Positions 1 through 12,473 of a stretch of DNA of 64,000 nucleotides are shown here, one piece after another; within the stretch, counting starts at the first letter, position 1; every line of letters begins with the position of its first letter. The position numbers and the translations under genes were made by a program. Source of the DNA: Octopus sinensis (lineage: Eukaryota); assembly GCF_006345805.1 (NCBI RefSeq), contig NC_043015.1:41788001-41852000 (forward strand). Reading direction: 5' to 3'. Under the pieces are notes generated by a model that worked only from the letters and a program-made list of their open reading frames with translations, was not told the DNA's origin and searched no databases.

Positions 1-45
1 AAGAAGAAGAAGAAGAAGAAGAAGAAGAAGAAGAAGAAGAAGAAA
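1..45. repeat. (AAG)n microsatellite
   Basis: Pure AAG repeat visible at the window start. Confidence 0.95.
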
Positions 46-410
46 AGTGGTGAAGTAGGGTAAATTTATAATTAGTTTTTTGTATATAACAGGTTGGAGA
101 GGACATTGTCGATATACTAATTCTACTTCGATAGGTAGGTGGTGAGGTGGAAGAACAAGGGTTACGGGAGATCGTGAGACCGTTCCTTCGCTGCACCGAA
201 GGTCCACATGCCAAGTTCGATTCTCACTTGTAACTAATACACATCATTTAGACATCATTGGTTGTGCGCTCGCGCTAGGATGCTTACGTGAAGGTAGAGA
301 GTTGTCCAATTATCAAGAACCGTTTCGCAACCATTCTGTTTGGGGTTCGATTCATCTTACGGTACCTCGGCCAGCCGAATTCTTTCCCCCGAAGCCTCTT
401 GATAGAAATG

Positions 411-650
411 TGGAGGTGCCTGGCCTAGTGGTTAGAGTGTTGGACTCATGATCGTAAGATTATGGTTTCAATTCCTAGACCGGGTGACACGTTTTGTTCT
501 TGAACAAAACACTTCATTTCACTCTGATCCAGACCACTCAGCTGGCAAAAGTGAGTAATCTTGCGATGGACTGGCATCCCATCCAGTGGGAAGAGAATAA
601 GCCATGGAAACCGGAAAGCTGGCCCTTATAAGTCGGCATCACTCGAAAAG
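411..650 (+). mobile_element. tRNA-derived SINE, family C (RTE-like 3' tail)
   Basis: A-box TGGCCTAGTGG and B-box-like GGTTTCAATTCC. The tail GCGATGGACTGGCATCCCATCCAG is shared with the SINE at 42722-43032. Confidence 0.75.
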
Positions 651-745
651 GTAACAATACCTTGATTGAGATACTTTGAAAGAAACCACATAGGCAGAAA
701 TTGTGAACAAATCCATATTTGAGTATGTATACATGATATAACGTA

Positions 746-995
746 TACGAGGGCTGATCAATAAGTATCCGTATTGTTGCCATAGTAACGAAGCTAAAGC
801 ACACAGAGTAAATCCGCGTGGCACAGATTGACCCTCTACCCTGCTGCCCATGTGCACTAAGTTTTAACATTCTATCTCACTTCCGCTGTCTACAGCATTA
901 CTTGGAAAGAAGATATGTGACGTGTGATCGTCGCATCGGAGCAGAGAATCTGCATCAAATTTTGCCAAAAGCTTGGCGACATCTGCTCAGGGGCC
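746..995 (+). mobile_element. Mariner 5' end (TIR + transposase N-terminal HTH)
   Basis: TA-CGAGGGCTGATCAATAAGTATCC TIR-like start. 939-989 translates EQRICIKFCQKLGDICS, typical of the mariner N-terminal HTH. Confidence 0.8.
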
Positions 996-1222
996 AACGA
1001 AAAGATTTCAAACTTTTTTCCTCGATCTTGACACAATAAAATAGATCTTGTGCAACTGAAACCCGGGTGTCTTTTTCGGTCAACTGAAAGCAGTTGTGGC
1101 ATAAACTTGGTAAATACGCGTCTCATACACAAATCTCCATTGATAATGGACGGAACTGAACCGTAATTAATCTGCATATCGTCTGATAACTCGCAGATGG
1201 TGATTCGAGAGACCAACAAGAC
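996..1222 (-). mobile_element. Inverted internal mariner transposase fragment
   Basis: Minus-strand RITICELSDDMQINYGSVPSIINGDLCMRRVFTKFMPQLLS matches the mariner second HTH and WVP-linker region. Confidence 0.75.
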
Positions 1223-1225
1223 TCA

Positions 1226-1480
1226 TTGTAACACCAAAAATGAACTGAAGGCAAAGATTATGGCAGCATTTACCAGCTTAAAAAAGGAGGCCGTCCAGAA
1301 GATTTGCAGCAGATTCCAAAGTCATCTGGAAGCCATGATTGAAGCCAATGGCGATTTTATTGAGTAAATTTACTCTTTAGTAATTCAAGATATTTTAACG
1401 TAATTTTGGTAAATATATTTGTTAAACTGAGATGTCAGTGTTATCTAATTTAGACAGCAGTTTATTCACCGCACCCTGTA
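1226..1480 (+). mobile_element. maT/Tc1-like transposon 3' end with right TIR
   Basis: Encodes ...NELKAKIMAAFTSLKKEAVQKICSRFQSHLEAMIEANGDFIE* and ends ...TTCACCGCACCCTG-TA. The matching left TIR is at 49255-49290. Confidence 0.75.
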
Positions 1481-1502
1481 TGTATATATATATATATAAT
1501 AT

Positions 1503-1534
<32 letters not shown>

Positions 1535-1542
1535 CATGTATG

Positions 1543-1655
1543 TATATCATTGTTCAGTTTTATTTCAAGGTTTCTTGTCAATAGAGAAAGAGCCGGATTC
1601 TAATCTAGACCCAAAGCTCTTTCATTGGAATTTCAACATCAACAACAGGGTCCTT
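1543..1655 (+). repeat. Short interspersed repeat embedded in TATG microsatellite; second copy inverted at 32630-32745
   Basis: CATTGTTCAGTTTTATTTCAAG...GGAATTTCAACATCAAC recurs in reverse complement at about 32630-32745. Confidence 0.75.
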
Positions 1656-2199
1656 TGTATGTATGTATGTACGTATGTATGTACGTATGTATGTATGTAT
1701 GTATGTATGTATGTATGTATGTATGTATGTATGTATGCGTGAATACATATATAGGCATGTATACATCTAGGTATTTATACATATAGTCGTAAGTCTTGGC
1801 CACTCTGCGTTACAGGAATCTCAGGTATACTCGGTTCCGGTCGGTTGGAAGAACTCGAAATGACCTCCTCTGCATAGCTCTGGATTCTCTCCCACCTCCA
1901 CTTGAAAATTCCGGCTTCGTTTCCAAATAAAGAGAAGCGGTTTAAAGTCGTAGTCTTGAATCAGTGTGCACAGGCCTTTTTTTAGGAATTAAGGTGTGTG
2001 TGTGTGTGTGTGTGTGCTTGTGTATGTGCGTGTGTAGGTGGGTATGTTTCGTGAAAAAGAAGAAAATCAAGAGAGGATGAGTGTGAGGAGAGAAAGGAAT
2101 AGAAAGAAAAGCCGCATGTGCCTAATAATTAATACATAATTACACCGCGTTAAAAATTTTGAACTTTGCAGTAATTACAACAACAATAATAATAATAAC

Positions 2200-2270
<71 letters not shown>

Positions 2271-2331
2271 TAATAATAATAATGATAATAATAACAACAA
2301 CAACAACGTCAACAACAACAACGTCAACAAC

Positions 2332-2700
2332 AACAAGAGCACTCAGAGAGCGCACAACTCTACCAAGGCAACCCCAATGTCCTCTCAACGATTAGCCAGA
2401 GATGGATTTGAAAATGAGAATATCTGAAATATACCCGACTGCTCTCACAAGCGAGAATACTAAAAATGAAACCGACCGCCCTCAAAAATTAATTAAAAAA
2501 AAAACAGGAAAAATGATCCAGATTCATTGTCCAGTACCGAATCGATCCAAAATCTAATTAGTTCGAGCCAGTCACATGGCCACACACCTCGGAAAGTTTC
2601 ATCCGAATCCATCCAGCGGTTCTTGAGATATCGTCTCCGCAGACAAACAAACAAACACGACTGAAAACAATACCTCTGCCTTCACTAAGGCGGAGGTAAT
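2332..2700 (+). mobile_element. Non-autonomous Helentron/DINE-1-like element (HINE)
   Basis: 3' hairpin ACCTCTGCCTT-cact-AAGGCGGAGGT (2672-2697) preceded by a (CAAA)n microsatellite, a related sub-terminal motif near the 5' end (2356-2370), and insertion in an AAT/AAC run. Confidence 0.65.
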
Positions 2701-2857
2701 AATAATAACAGCAATCCTTTCTACTATAGACAGAAGACGTGAAATTTAGAGGGAAGGGGACTTAATTTATCGACCCCGAAGGATGAAGAAAAATTCGACC
2801 TCGGCGGAATTTGAAAACAGATCGTATAGACGGACGAAAGCATTTTGCCCGGCGCAT

Positions 2858-2927
2858 CATAATAATAATAATAATAATAATAATAATAGTAGTAGTAGTA
2901 GTAGTAGTAGCAGTAGTAGTAGTAATG

Positions 2928-2976
<49 letters not shown>

Positions 2977-2990
2977 TGATAATAATAATC
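2858..2990. repeat. (AAT)n/(AGT)n compound microsatellite
   Basis: Direct reading. Confidence 0.95.
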
Positions 2991-3821
2991 GTATTTTAAG
3001 TTACAAACCCAATAATTTACCATGTTGTTTTTGTGAAGTACTTAATTCTTCATTAAAACTTTTTTGCGTTTCTAGAACTGTCTTTTCCCTCTGTCTGTGA
3101 CCATCTCTGTATATCTCTACCTCTCTCTCCTAATACTCTCTCTCTCTTCCTCTCTTTTTCGTTCTGTCTCGCTCTCTCTTTTTATCACCCCCTTTCGATT
3201 TTCCTGTCTTTCTCCCTCTAATCTGTTTCTTCCTTTCTTTCTTTCTCTCTCTCTCTTCCTTTCTTTCTCTCTCTTTCTTTCTTCCTCTCTCTCTCTCTCT
3301 TTCTTTCTCTGTCTCTCTCCTTTACTCTCAATCATTCTAACATTGTAATTTCTTCTTTTGGTTTCCAAAGTTTTTCTCTTTCTCTCAAATTCCTTTCACT
3401 GCCCAATTTTCCTTTTTCCTACGCTTCATTGCATATTAAATAGATGAAAAGAAAAAGAGAAAAAAAACCACATTAATTGATTTCTTCACGCCTCCATAAA
3501 CATGGATTACTAATTTTAGGCACTAATTTTGCCCCATTCACCAATTTTTGTTATTTTTTACACTTGTAATGAATTTGAAAGTGAAGTCTGCTTGATGGTA
3601 GTAACCATGTTTAGCCCATATTTTTAATAAAATACAGTATGTACACATTCGTTCGTTTACTGGTTACAGTGAGTGGATTGCGGTTAGTGTTCGCGCACAA
3701 GTATTTCGTTAGTCATTCCATTTTATAAACCTTAAATCAGGTCAAATGAGGATAAAAACAACATACATCAGTTAGGGGTCTGTCTATGCCAGTATTGTCT
3801 ATACAATGATCCTACCGTGGG

Positions 3822-4098
3822 CACTGGGGTCGATGTAATCGACTGAATCCGTTTGTCTATCCTTGTTTGTTCCCTCTGTGTTTAGCCCCTTGTGTGTAGT
3901 AAAGAAATAGGCATTTCGTCTGTCTTTACGTTCTGAGTTCAAATTCTGCCGAGGTCGACTTTGCCTTTCATCCTTTCGGGGTCGATAAATTAAGTACCAG
4001 TTATGCACTGAGGTCGATATAATCGACTTAATTCGTTTGTCTGTCCTTGTTTGTCCCCTCTGTGTTTAGCCCCTTGTGGGTAGTAAAGAAATAGGTAT
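3822..4098 (+). mobile_element. SINE family B1, tandem partial units
   Basis: A 3' part is followed by a unit starting at GGCATTTCGTC. It contains the B-box GAGTTCAAATTC and the central GTCGACTTTGCCTTTCATCCTTTCGGGGTCGATAAATTAAGTACCAG module. Confidence 0.85.
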
Positions 4099-5250
4099 TC
4101 CAAAGGCCTTTGACAAGGCTGATCATGAGATGATATGTCACAAGCTACGGACACAAAGTAAACAGGGAGAGTGGTGGTCACATGATGTCTTAATAGACTG
4201 GCACCAGACAATGGCAGCCGATGGGGCCCTCTCCAAGGAAATGTTTTGGGGCCGCTGCTGTTTATGATGACTTTTTCGAATACGCCATCGGTTACACAGA
4301 CAGCCACACTTACTAGCTATGCCGATGACACAAAAGAAGTGCAAACACTCAAGGAGCCTCTCGGTGTTAATCTTCTACAGAAAGACCTAGACACCATATA
4401 TAAATAAGCTGAAGAAAACAACTTGCAATTTAATGCAGGAAATTTCCAAGCCCTCCGCTCTCAGCCATCTTGTGCTATCATGCTGCAAAGATACTTGGAC
4501 CAAAAAGGAGCAGCAGTGTGGGACCTGGCGATTGATACGAGCAATGATGCCTCGTTTCATGTATATATCACCGAGATGGTGGCAGTGTTCAAGCGAATAG
4601 TTATATGTATTCTGAGAATTTTCAGAACAAGGGACCAGGAAACTGTGCTGGTTCTATGGAGAACATTTGTCCTCAGCTGTCTGGGCTACTTATATTAACT
4701 GTGGTTGGCACACAGTGTGAAAGTAATAGCGGAACTTTAGGCTGTTCGGCGGTACTATATAAAGAAGGTTGAGTCAATAGAACAGCTGAGCTTCTGAGAG
4801 AGACTGAAAACAACGACTCTGTTCCCTGGAACGAAGACGGGAGAGATATGCAGTGATATACGTATAGAATATATTGGGGAAGGTTACACCAAACTTTGGT
4901 ATCCGAACTGGATTTCGCTACACAGTTACAAAGAACCTAACTATCCCAGCTACGTGAGGACCATGTACTGCAATAGCTTGGAATTCAAGGGCTCAAAGCT
5001 ATTCAATACGTTAGCAAAATATCTGAAAGATCGGCATGGAGTTGCGGTGGATACTTTCAAGAAACAACTCCTGAAGTCCAAGGTCACAGATGAGTGTACA
5101 TCACGTCAAGAAACACAAAAGATGGCAACAAAATCGAACTCCTTTGAAAATGAGTTAATACAGGCGGCTAGAGCAATATCGAACTCCATTGGAGAGGAGA
5201 TAAAACAGACGACCACGGCCTTTGGGCTGAAAAGTATAAACAATCAAAGA
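4099..5250 (+). mobile_element. Decayed CR1/L2-group LINE ORF2 (RT and C-terminal region)
   Basis: KAFDKADH at 4101, YADD at 4318-4329, LQKDLDTIY..EENNLQFN, and RTRDQETVLVLWRTFV, with many stops and frameshifts. Confidence 0.85.
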
Positions 5251-5789
5251 ATGTATGTGTGTATATACTGATACACTTACATGTATAATTTTGAGAGAGA
5301 GTGTGTGTATATGAGTGCTGGGTTATAGTATATGTGCGTATGGCCGTCTGTAGCTTTCGCTTACGTGACTTTAGTTTTCGTCTATTAGAGTCTGTGCAAA
5401 TTTGTGAATAGAAAATGTCAATGACTAAGTTTCGATGGATTCCTAATTAGACACGGAACTCATCTGTAAGTCAAGTAGAGTTAAATGTTTTTAAAAGATA
5501 CACAGATACACAAACATACACATACATATATGTGTGTATGCGTGTGTATTATAAATGAAGACAGGTAATGGATTAGCAGGTGTGCATAGAACCACTCCAC
5601 TTTCGATATAATAATCTAGTTTGAATGTCATTTATATTGAGATCAAAAGAACAGCGACTTTTGTATGTTAAAAGTTTTCACACATATATGACAGAGAGAG
5701 AGAGAGGAGAGAGAAAAAGAAAGAGATAGAAGCAGAGAGAGACAGACTCATATAGACCCACGCTTTTACAAGGGAATTTATAAGTACTC

Positions 5790-6118
5790 GCGTATGGAGG
5801 AGTTATTTATGTATGTCACGGTACTGACCAATCTATCGCAAGTTGTCATGTTGTCATACATCGCTGGCTACGATGCGCTTCACGTTGTTTAAGCTTCCCA
5901 ATGGCGCCACCCGTCTGGCTAGGTGAGTGGATCGACATTTCTCCTTGATCCGAAAACTATTCCACCACATGGTGCGACTATATACAGCTGAGTGGACTGA
6001 GGCAACACGAAAGGAAGTGTCTTGCTCAAGAACAGCGGCGGCGCCCACTCCGAGAATCGAACTCATGGTCTTGGGATCATGAGTGCAATACCCTAACCAC
6101 TAGGCCACGCACCTTCAC
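5790..6118 (-). mobile_element. tRNA-derived SINE, family C-like
   Basis: Reverse complement begins TGAAGGTGCGTGGCCTAGTGGTTAGGG...GAGTTTCGATTCTC, with A and B boxes. Confidence 0.75.
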
Positions 6119-6135
6119 ATTTACTACATACACAC

Positions 6136-6300
6136 AGGGGCAGGCGTGGATGTAAGGTAAGAAGCTTGCTTCCCAATAACATGGTTCCTGGCTCAGTCTC
6201 ACTCCGTGGCACCTTGGGCAAGTGTCTTCTACTTTAGCCTGGGGCCGATCAATGCTTTCTGAGCGGATTTGGTAGACGGAAACTGAAAGGAGCCCATCGT
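6136..6300 (+). mobile_element. SINE family A, 5' half
   Basis: tRNA-like head followed by CACCTTGGGCAAGTGTCTTCTAC (CORE-like box) and ...GGATTTGGTAGACGGAAACTG. Confidence 0.85.
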
Positions 6301-6301
6301 G

Positions 6302-6331
<30 letters not shown>

Positions 6332-6333
<2 letters not shown>

Positions 6334-6450
6334 CCAAATCCACTCACAAGGCTTTGGTAGGCCTGAAGCTATAGTAGAAGATACTTGCTGAAGGTGCCAA
6401 GCAGTGGCACTGAACCCAGAACCATGTGGTTGGTAAGCAAGCTTCTTACC
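6332..6450 (-). mobile_element. SINE family A, 5' half, inverted relative to its neighbour
   Basis: Reverse complement of the same head and CORE-like region. Confidence 0.85.
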
Positions 6451-6694
6451 TCACCTGTATTTCATGTATTTAATATATTTTGAATATTGATTTCTCTAAC
6501 TTGCTTATCCTTACATTTACTTCTATATCTGTATGAGAGTAGGTTTGTGTCAATAGACCGAGGAAACGAAGGTCATAGAGTCCTCATTGAAATATTCTTC
6601 AGTTGCGAGGCGAAGGACTTCAGTAAATCTATTAAAATATTAATAAGCAATTTAATGAACCAACTCTAGGCAGTGTGAGTCATATATACATATA

Positions 6695-6962
6695 AGAATT
6701 GCAAAATTCGGTGAGATGCAAAGATTCAGTGCGTTCACTTGACCAGACATCGGAAACCGGACATTTTGTGGTGAATAAAAAAGGGGGGACGTGCATGGTA
6801 ATCGACATAGCATGCCCCAATGACAACAGGATCAAAGAAAGAGAGGAGAAAATGCAACTATGACGATTTGAAGTGGGAAACACGGAGGATGTGGACAATG
6901 AAGAGAGTAGACGTGGTACCAATAGACATTGGCGCACTTGGAAGTATCAGCACTCGACTACC
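6695..6962 (+). mobile_element. R4/Dong-type non-LTR retrotransposon fragment, restriction-like endonuclease domain
   Basis: Frameshifted translation KIR*DAKIQC..HRKPDIL / VVNKKGGTCMVIDIACPND / [25 protein letters not shown] matches the PD-(D/E)xK RLE motif set. Confidence 0.8.
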
Positions 6963-6964
6963 AA

Positions 6965-7460
<496 letters not shown>

Positions 7461-7642
7461 ATACATACATACATATGTGCATATATTCATACAACCATGC
7501 ACTCATGCACGTATACATACGATATCATAAACGCATACGTGTATGTATACATTTGTGTGTATTGCGTATACTGATTCGATTGCGTTTATGTTTTGGTTAT
7601 GCAATTATGCATTCATATCTGTTAGTCCTTGTATACATTATA

Positions 7643-7740
<98 letters not shown>

Positions 7741-8376
7741 ATATATATATATATATATGTATGTATATACCTCAGTCAATTTCCTTAAGAAGCCATTTAA
7801 AAACTGCGCTGTCAACAACTCGACGAACATCTTTCCCGACAGCATCTCTATTTGTTTTTTCCATTTAATTACGAAGACACACAGGCGGTAAACAATTTTG
7901 AGAAAGAACTGTTTGTATAGATATATAACCGATTGATCGATAAACAAATATCGCTATTTGAAACCCCTAAAATGGCGAACTTATTCAATTTACTGAATAA
8001 AAACGGCTTTTAGCTGTTTATTTTCCTGTATATAAATATATGTACACACCGACATATTTACGCATGTACATAGCTAGAAGCAAACGCATACATTTATGTC
8101 TTAATGCGCAATTACCTATATTCATTTCCGTTTTACCCACCTACGTTTCTCTCTTTCTTTCTCTGCATATATATATATATATGTGTGTATTTATAAATTC
8201 TTATATGTATATCTATATATATATATAGGGATGAAAATATGTGGAAAGCGTATATAAAAAGTGGAAGGGAAATACTTTCGTTTCACATACTTCAATATCT
8301 TTTTATAAAGAAATTTTTTTTAAATATACACTTTTTTTCCACATACTTTCAACTCATAATTTTACTACGTGGTGTA

Positions 8377-8585
8377 TACTGATTCTGACCGCGTGTGTAC
8401 CGTTGGCGATTATTTTTCCTCCGTGTTCCCTTCTCTGGATCTTTCCTTTTCCTATGTTTCTGACGAAGAGCTCCGCTCGAAACGTTAAACCCTCCTTCTT
8501 CCCTTCCTTCCTGAGCGTCCAATAATACTATATTTGTTCCACGTCCTCGCGTTGCTGTGTTTTTTCTTTGTGTTTTCATGTTTGG

Positions 8586-8592
<7 letters not shown>
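8377..8592 (+). mobile_element. Penelope-like pseudo-LTR remnant
   Basis: Contains the CTGACGA...GAAAC motif. Its downstream part recurs at about 50710-50810. Confidence 0.65.
8456..8490 (+). ncRNA. Minimal type I hammerhead ribozyme motif
   Basis: GUUU-CUGACGA-A-GAGC(ucc)GCUC-GAAA-CG-UU-AAAC: stems I and II pair, and stem III is a minimal palindrome as in PLE hammerheads. Confidence 0.65.
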
Positions 8593-8638
<46 letters not shown>

Positions 8639-9028
8639 CGTTTATTTGCTAAACTGGCAAAATAACCATTCCTAAATACAACAATATATATATGTATATA
8701 TATATATATACACATATTTTTAAGTGAGGCAACTAATTAGCAAAGTTTCACCAAAAAGCAAAACAATAAATGTCACTAAATATGACTGAATGTGTTACAA
8801 CACCTACGCTGCTAGAAACAAGAACTAAAGCACTCTGATGCGGCAGTCAATGCACATATAATTGTGTACATACCTGCCGGCAGAGAACGTAGACGGCCGG
8901 AAATTGGCGACTGTGATATCCCTTTACCGTACGATTTCAGCGTTAGGCTAGGTAGATAGACAGGCATACAGATAGACAGATAGATAGATACATACATACA
9001 TACATACATACATACATTCATACATACA

Positions 9029-9061
<33 letters not shown>

Positions 9062-9164
9062 GTACATATACATATATGTGTGTGTGTATACTTATATTAA
9101 TATATAAATATATATATGTATGTATTTTTGTATCTGCGAGACCTGTTTGTCCACAGCTTCTTCC

Positions 9165-9418
9165 CTAACCCAACCTCCCAACCCGACTCGTTCCCCTGCT
9201 CCCGGTCATGCTGAGGCACTTGTTCCTACCTCTCCAACACCACCCTCCTCATCGGCACCCATCATCAACCCTATCTTATAATCCGACTCCGTCACCTCCA
9301 CTTCTACCAATGTCATCTACTGCATCTCCTGCTCTCTCTGCCCTTCTCTATACATCGGGCAAACGGGACGCCACTTGGCTGACTGGTTCGCAGAACACCT
9401 CCGAGACTAAAACAATCC
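9165..9418 (+). mobile_element. Penelope-like GIY-YIG endonuclease fragment
   Basis: Translates ...STNVIYCISCSLCPSLYIGQTGRHLADWFAEHLRD. Confidence 0.85.
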
Positions 9419-9436
9419 GACTCGGCAATAACACCC

Positions 9437-9845
9437 TGTTTGTGTGTCTGTGTTTGACCCCCACCACCGCTTGACAACCTATGTTGGTGTGTTTACGTCC
9501 TCGTAACTTAGCGATTAGGCAAAAGTAACAGATAGAGTAAATACTAAGCTTACAAAGAATAAGTCCTGGGGTCGATTCGTTCGACTAATGGCGGTGCTCC
9601 AGAATGGCCGAAGTCAAATGAGTGAAACATATAAAAGAATAAAAGAATAAAAGAATAATATATATTACATATGTGTGTATGTATGTATATATACGACGGG
9701 CCTCTTCCAGTTTCGGTCTCCCAAAATCACCCACAAGGCTTTGGTTGGCTCGATGCTATAGTAGAAGTCACTTGCCCAAGGTGCCATTCAGTGAGACTGA
9801 ACCCGGGACCATGTTATTGGGAAGCAAGCTTCTTAACACACAGAT
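9437..9845. mobile_element. SINE A 3' half (+) followed by SINE A 5' half (-)
   Basis: Matches to the family A tail and to the reverse-complemented head. Confidence 0.75.
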
Positions 9846-11466
9846 ATAGCCCTTCACTTCAAGATTTCAAATTATCTTTAAGAAGACATGACTGTAATAA
9901 AAAGAACACCGAAATAAACTTATTAATCATTAATAAGTGGCCTTTAATTATAATTACTAATGATAAATGGTATTTATTTACTTAATCTATCATCTCTGGT
10001 TGTTTAATGGACGTGAGTACGCAAACTTTATATATATATATGTGCGTCGGCGTATTCATATTTTAGTGTTAACATGATATCGTAAATATAGCGTTTGTTG
10101 CCACATATGTACAGATTAGACAGGTATAACTTTAACTTATGTACGGTTTAGGCAATTTGCATAACTCGCACTAAAATGAACAAAGACCTAGGACACGTTC
10201 CCTTGACTGTAAAATTAAGAGGCTGAGTGCCTCATACTGAAAGGGCATATGGCCCATAAGAAAAAATGTAAGAGGCCTAATGTCTCATTTTTAAGGACAT
10301 TGTATTGTTTTTGGTAAGAGGCTTAGAGCTTCATTGTAAGAACCTTGAGTCCAAATGGAAGAGGTTTATTACCTCAAATTGTATGTTTTGTAAAAGAACA
10401 ATGTTTTAGAGCAGCAGAGTTCGGCGAGCGCCTTCTGCCTTCTCTCATTCATACCATTAATGTTATTGTCCAGCCCGCAGCTACTACTTCTGTGTAATGC
10501 CTTGATGGCAAATTGAATGAAATAATGTATGTATACTTGCAGATTTGTATACATACATTCATATGTATGTATGTACGTATGTATGTATGTATGTATGTAT
10601 GTATGTATGTATGTATGTATTATGTATTTACGTATGAATGTATTTATGTATGTATTCAATAATTAAAGTCTCGATAAATAAGGAGTAACGATGCAGTTTT
10701 GAACAGATAAACTCTACTCTCCGCCTTCTCGTTTTCGCAAAACACGATCACCTGTTTTGTTTTCTCCCCCTTTTAAATCCAAACAAATATAAACATACTC
10801 TCACATACCCATACAAAGACATATAATCCTTTATACAAGACTACAGCGTCTACACTCAACGGCATCGCTATGTGTTAGCCGTATTCCTCACAGTTTCATA
10901 AGATGCATAGGAAGTTGCCAAACCATCTGCTTATGTTTGGCGGTTTGTTAATATTTACACGTCTACGCTCTCTGATGACTATATAATTGAACCAAGTATA
11001 TTACCTTTGAATAAAGGCTATTGTAATAAATGTAATTAATTATTAATTGTTAATGATAATGTGTTGAGCATAAATAGTGAAAAAGAATCACCATTTGCAG
11101 GTGCATTAAAATTTCCACTGCGAAGCACACAAACAAACACGCACATACACACATATGCATGTGTCTGTCCGTATATGAATGTATATGTGTTTCTGCGTGT
11201 GTATATATGCATATATGTATGCGCGCTCGTGTGTGTGGTTGTGATTGTAATTTGCGCTTGTACACTGTGTATCATACGGAAAGATATAAGATTACAAAGA
11301 CATACAATGTCGAATCAGAAGATTGGAAAGATTTCGGTTACTTGTTTGGTCTACTCGTCAGCTTACGACAACCAAATATGTGTAGATGGCGAGGTATTTC
11401 AATGAGAATATGAATATACATATTCATATATATAGATAGATATATAGGTAGTAGATATATATATAT

Positions 11467-11582
<116 letters not shown>

Positions 11583-11642
11583 ATATACATATATATGCGT
11601 GTGGCGATGAATACAAAGATATGCTTACCTATATGTATATGA

Positions 11643-11708
<66 letters not shown>

Positions 11709-11711
<3 letters not shown>

Positions 11712-12118
11712 CGCAGGAGTGGCTGTGTGGTAAGTAGCTTGCTAACCAACCACATGGTTCCGGGTTCAGTCCCACTGCGTGGCATCTTGGGCAATTGTCT
11801 TCTGCTATAGCCCCGGGCCGACCAATGCCTTGTGAGTGGATTTGGTAGACGGAAACTGAAAGAAGCCTGTCGTATATATGTGTATATATATGTGTGTGTA
11901 TATATGTTTGTGTGTCTGTGTTTGTCTCCCTAGCATTGCTTGACAACCGATGTTGGTGTGTTTACGTCCCCGTCATCTAGCGGTTCGGCAAAAGGGACCG
12001 ATAGAATAAGTACTGGCCTTATAAAGAATAAGTCCCGGGGTCGATTTGCTCGACTAAAGGCGGTGCTCCAGCATGGCCGCAGTCAAATGACTGAAACAAG
12101 TAAAAGAGTAAAAGAGTA
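11709..12118 (+). mobile_element. Full-length SINE family A with internal (TA)/(TG) microsatellite
   Basis: AGGCGCAGGAGTGGCTGTGTGG head, CORE-like box, internal microsatellite, and tail ending CAGCATGGCCGCAGTCAAATGACTGAAACAAG(TAAAAGAG)n. Confidence 0.9.
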
Positions 12119-12259
12119 TATATATATACTGTTGTGTATGGGTAGCGTATTCTCTTTTGGTGCCTCATAATTTAACACACACAGCGGTAAAATTTCCATT
12201 TATTTCCTTTTTATTTATTTTTATTTATTTATTTTATTTTTATAAATAATCTTGCAACC

Positions 12260-12435
12260 CAATGGTAAGTAGCTTGCTTACCAACTACACGGTCTCCGAT
12301 TCAGTCCCACTACGTGGCACCACGGGCAAGTGTCCTCTTCTATAGCCTCGGGCCGACCAAAACCTTCCGAGTTGATTTGGTAGACGGAAACTGAAAGAAA
12401 CCCGTCGTATATATGTATATATATACATATATGTA

Positions 12436-12473
<38 letters not shown>

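Noticed and set aside
411-480. tRNA-like sequences at SINE heads (also 11709, 18635, 61456)
   Set aside because: They have A/B boxes but no complete cloverleaf, and they continue into SINE bodies.
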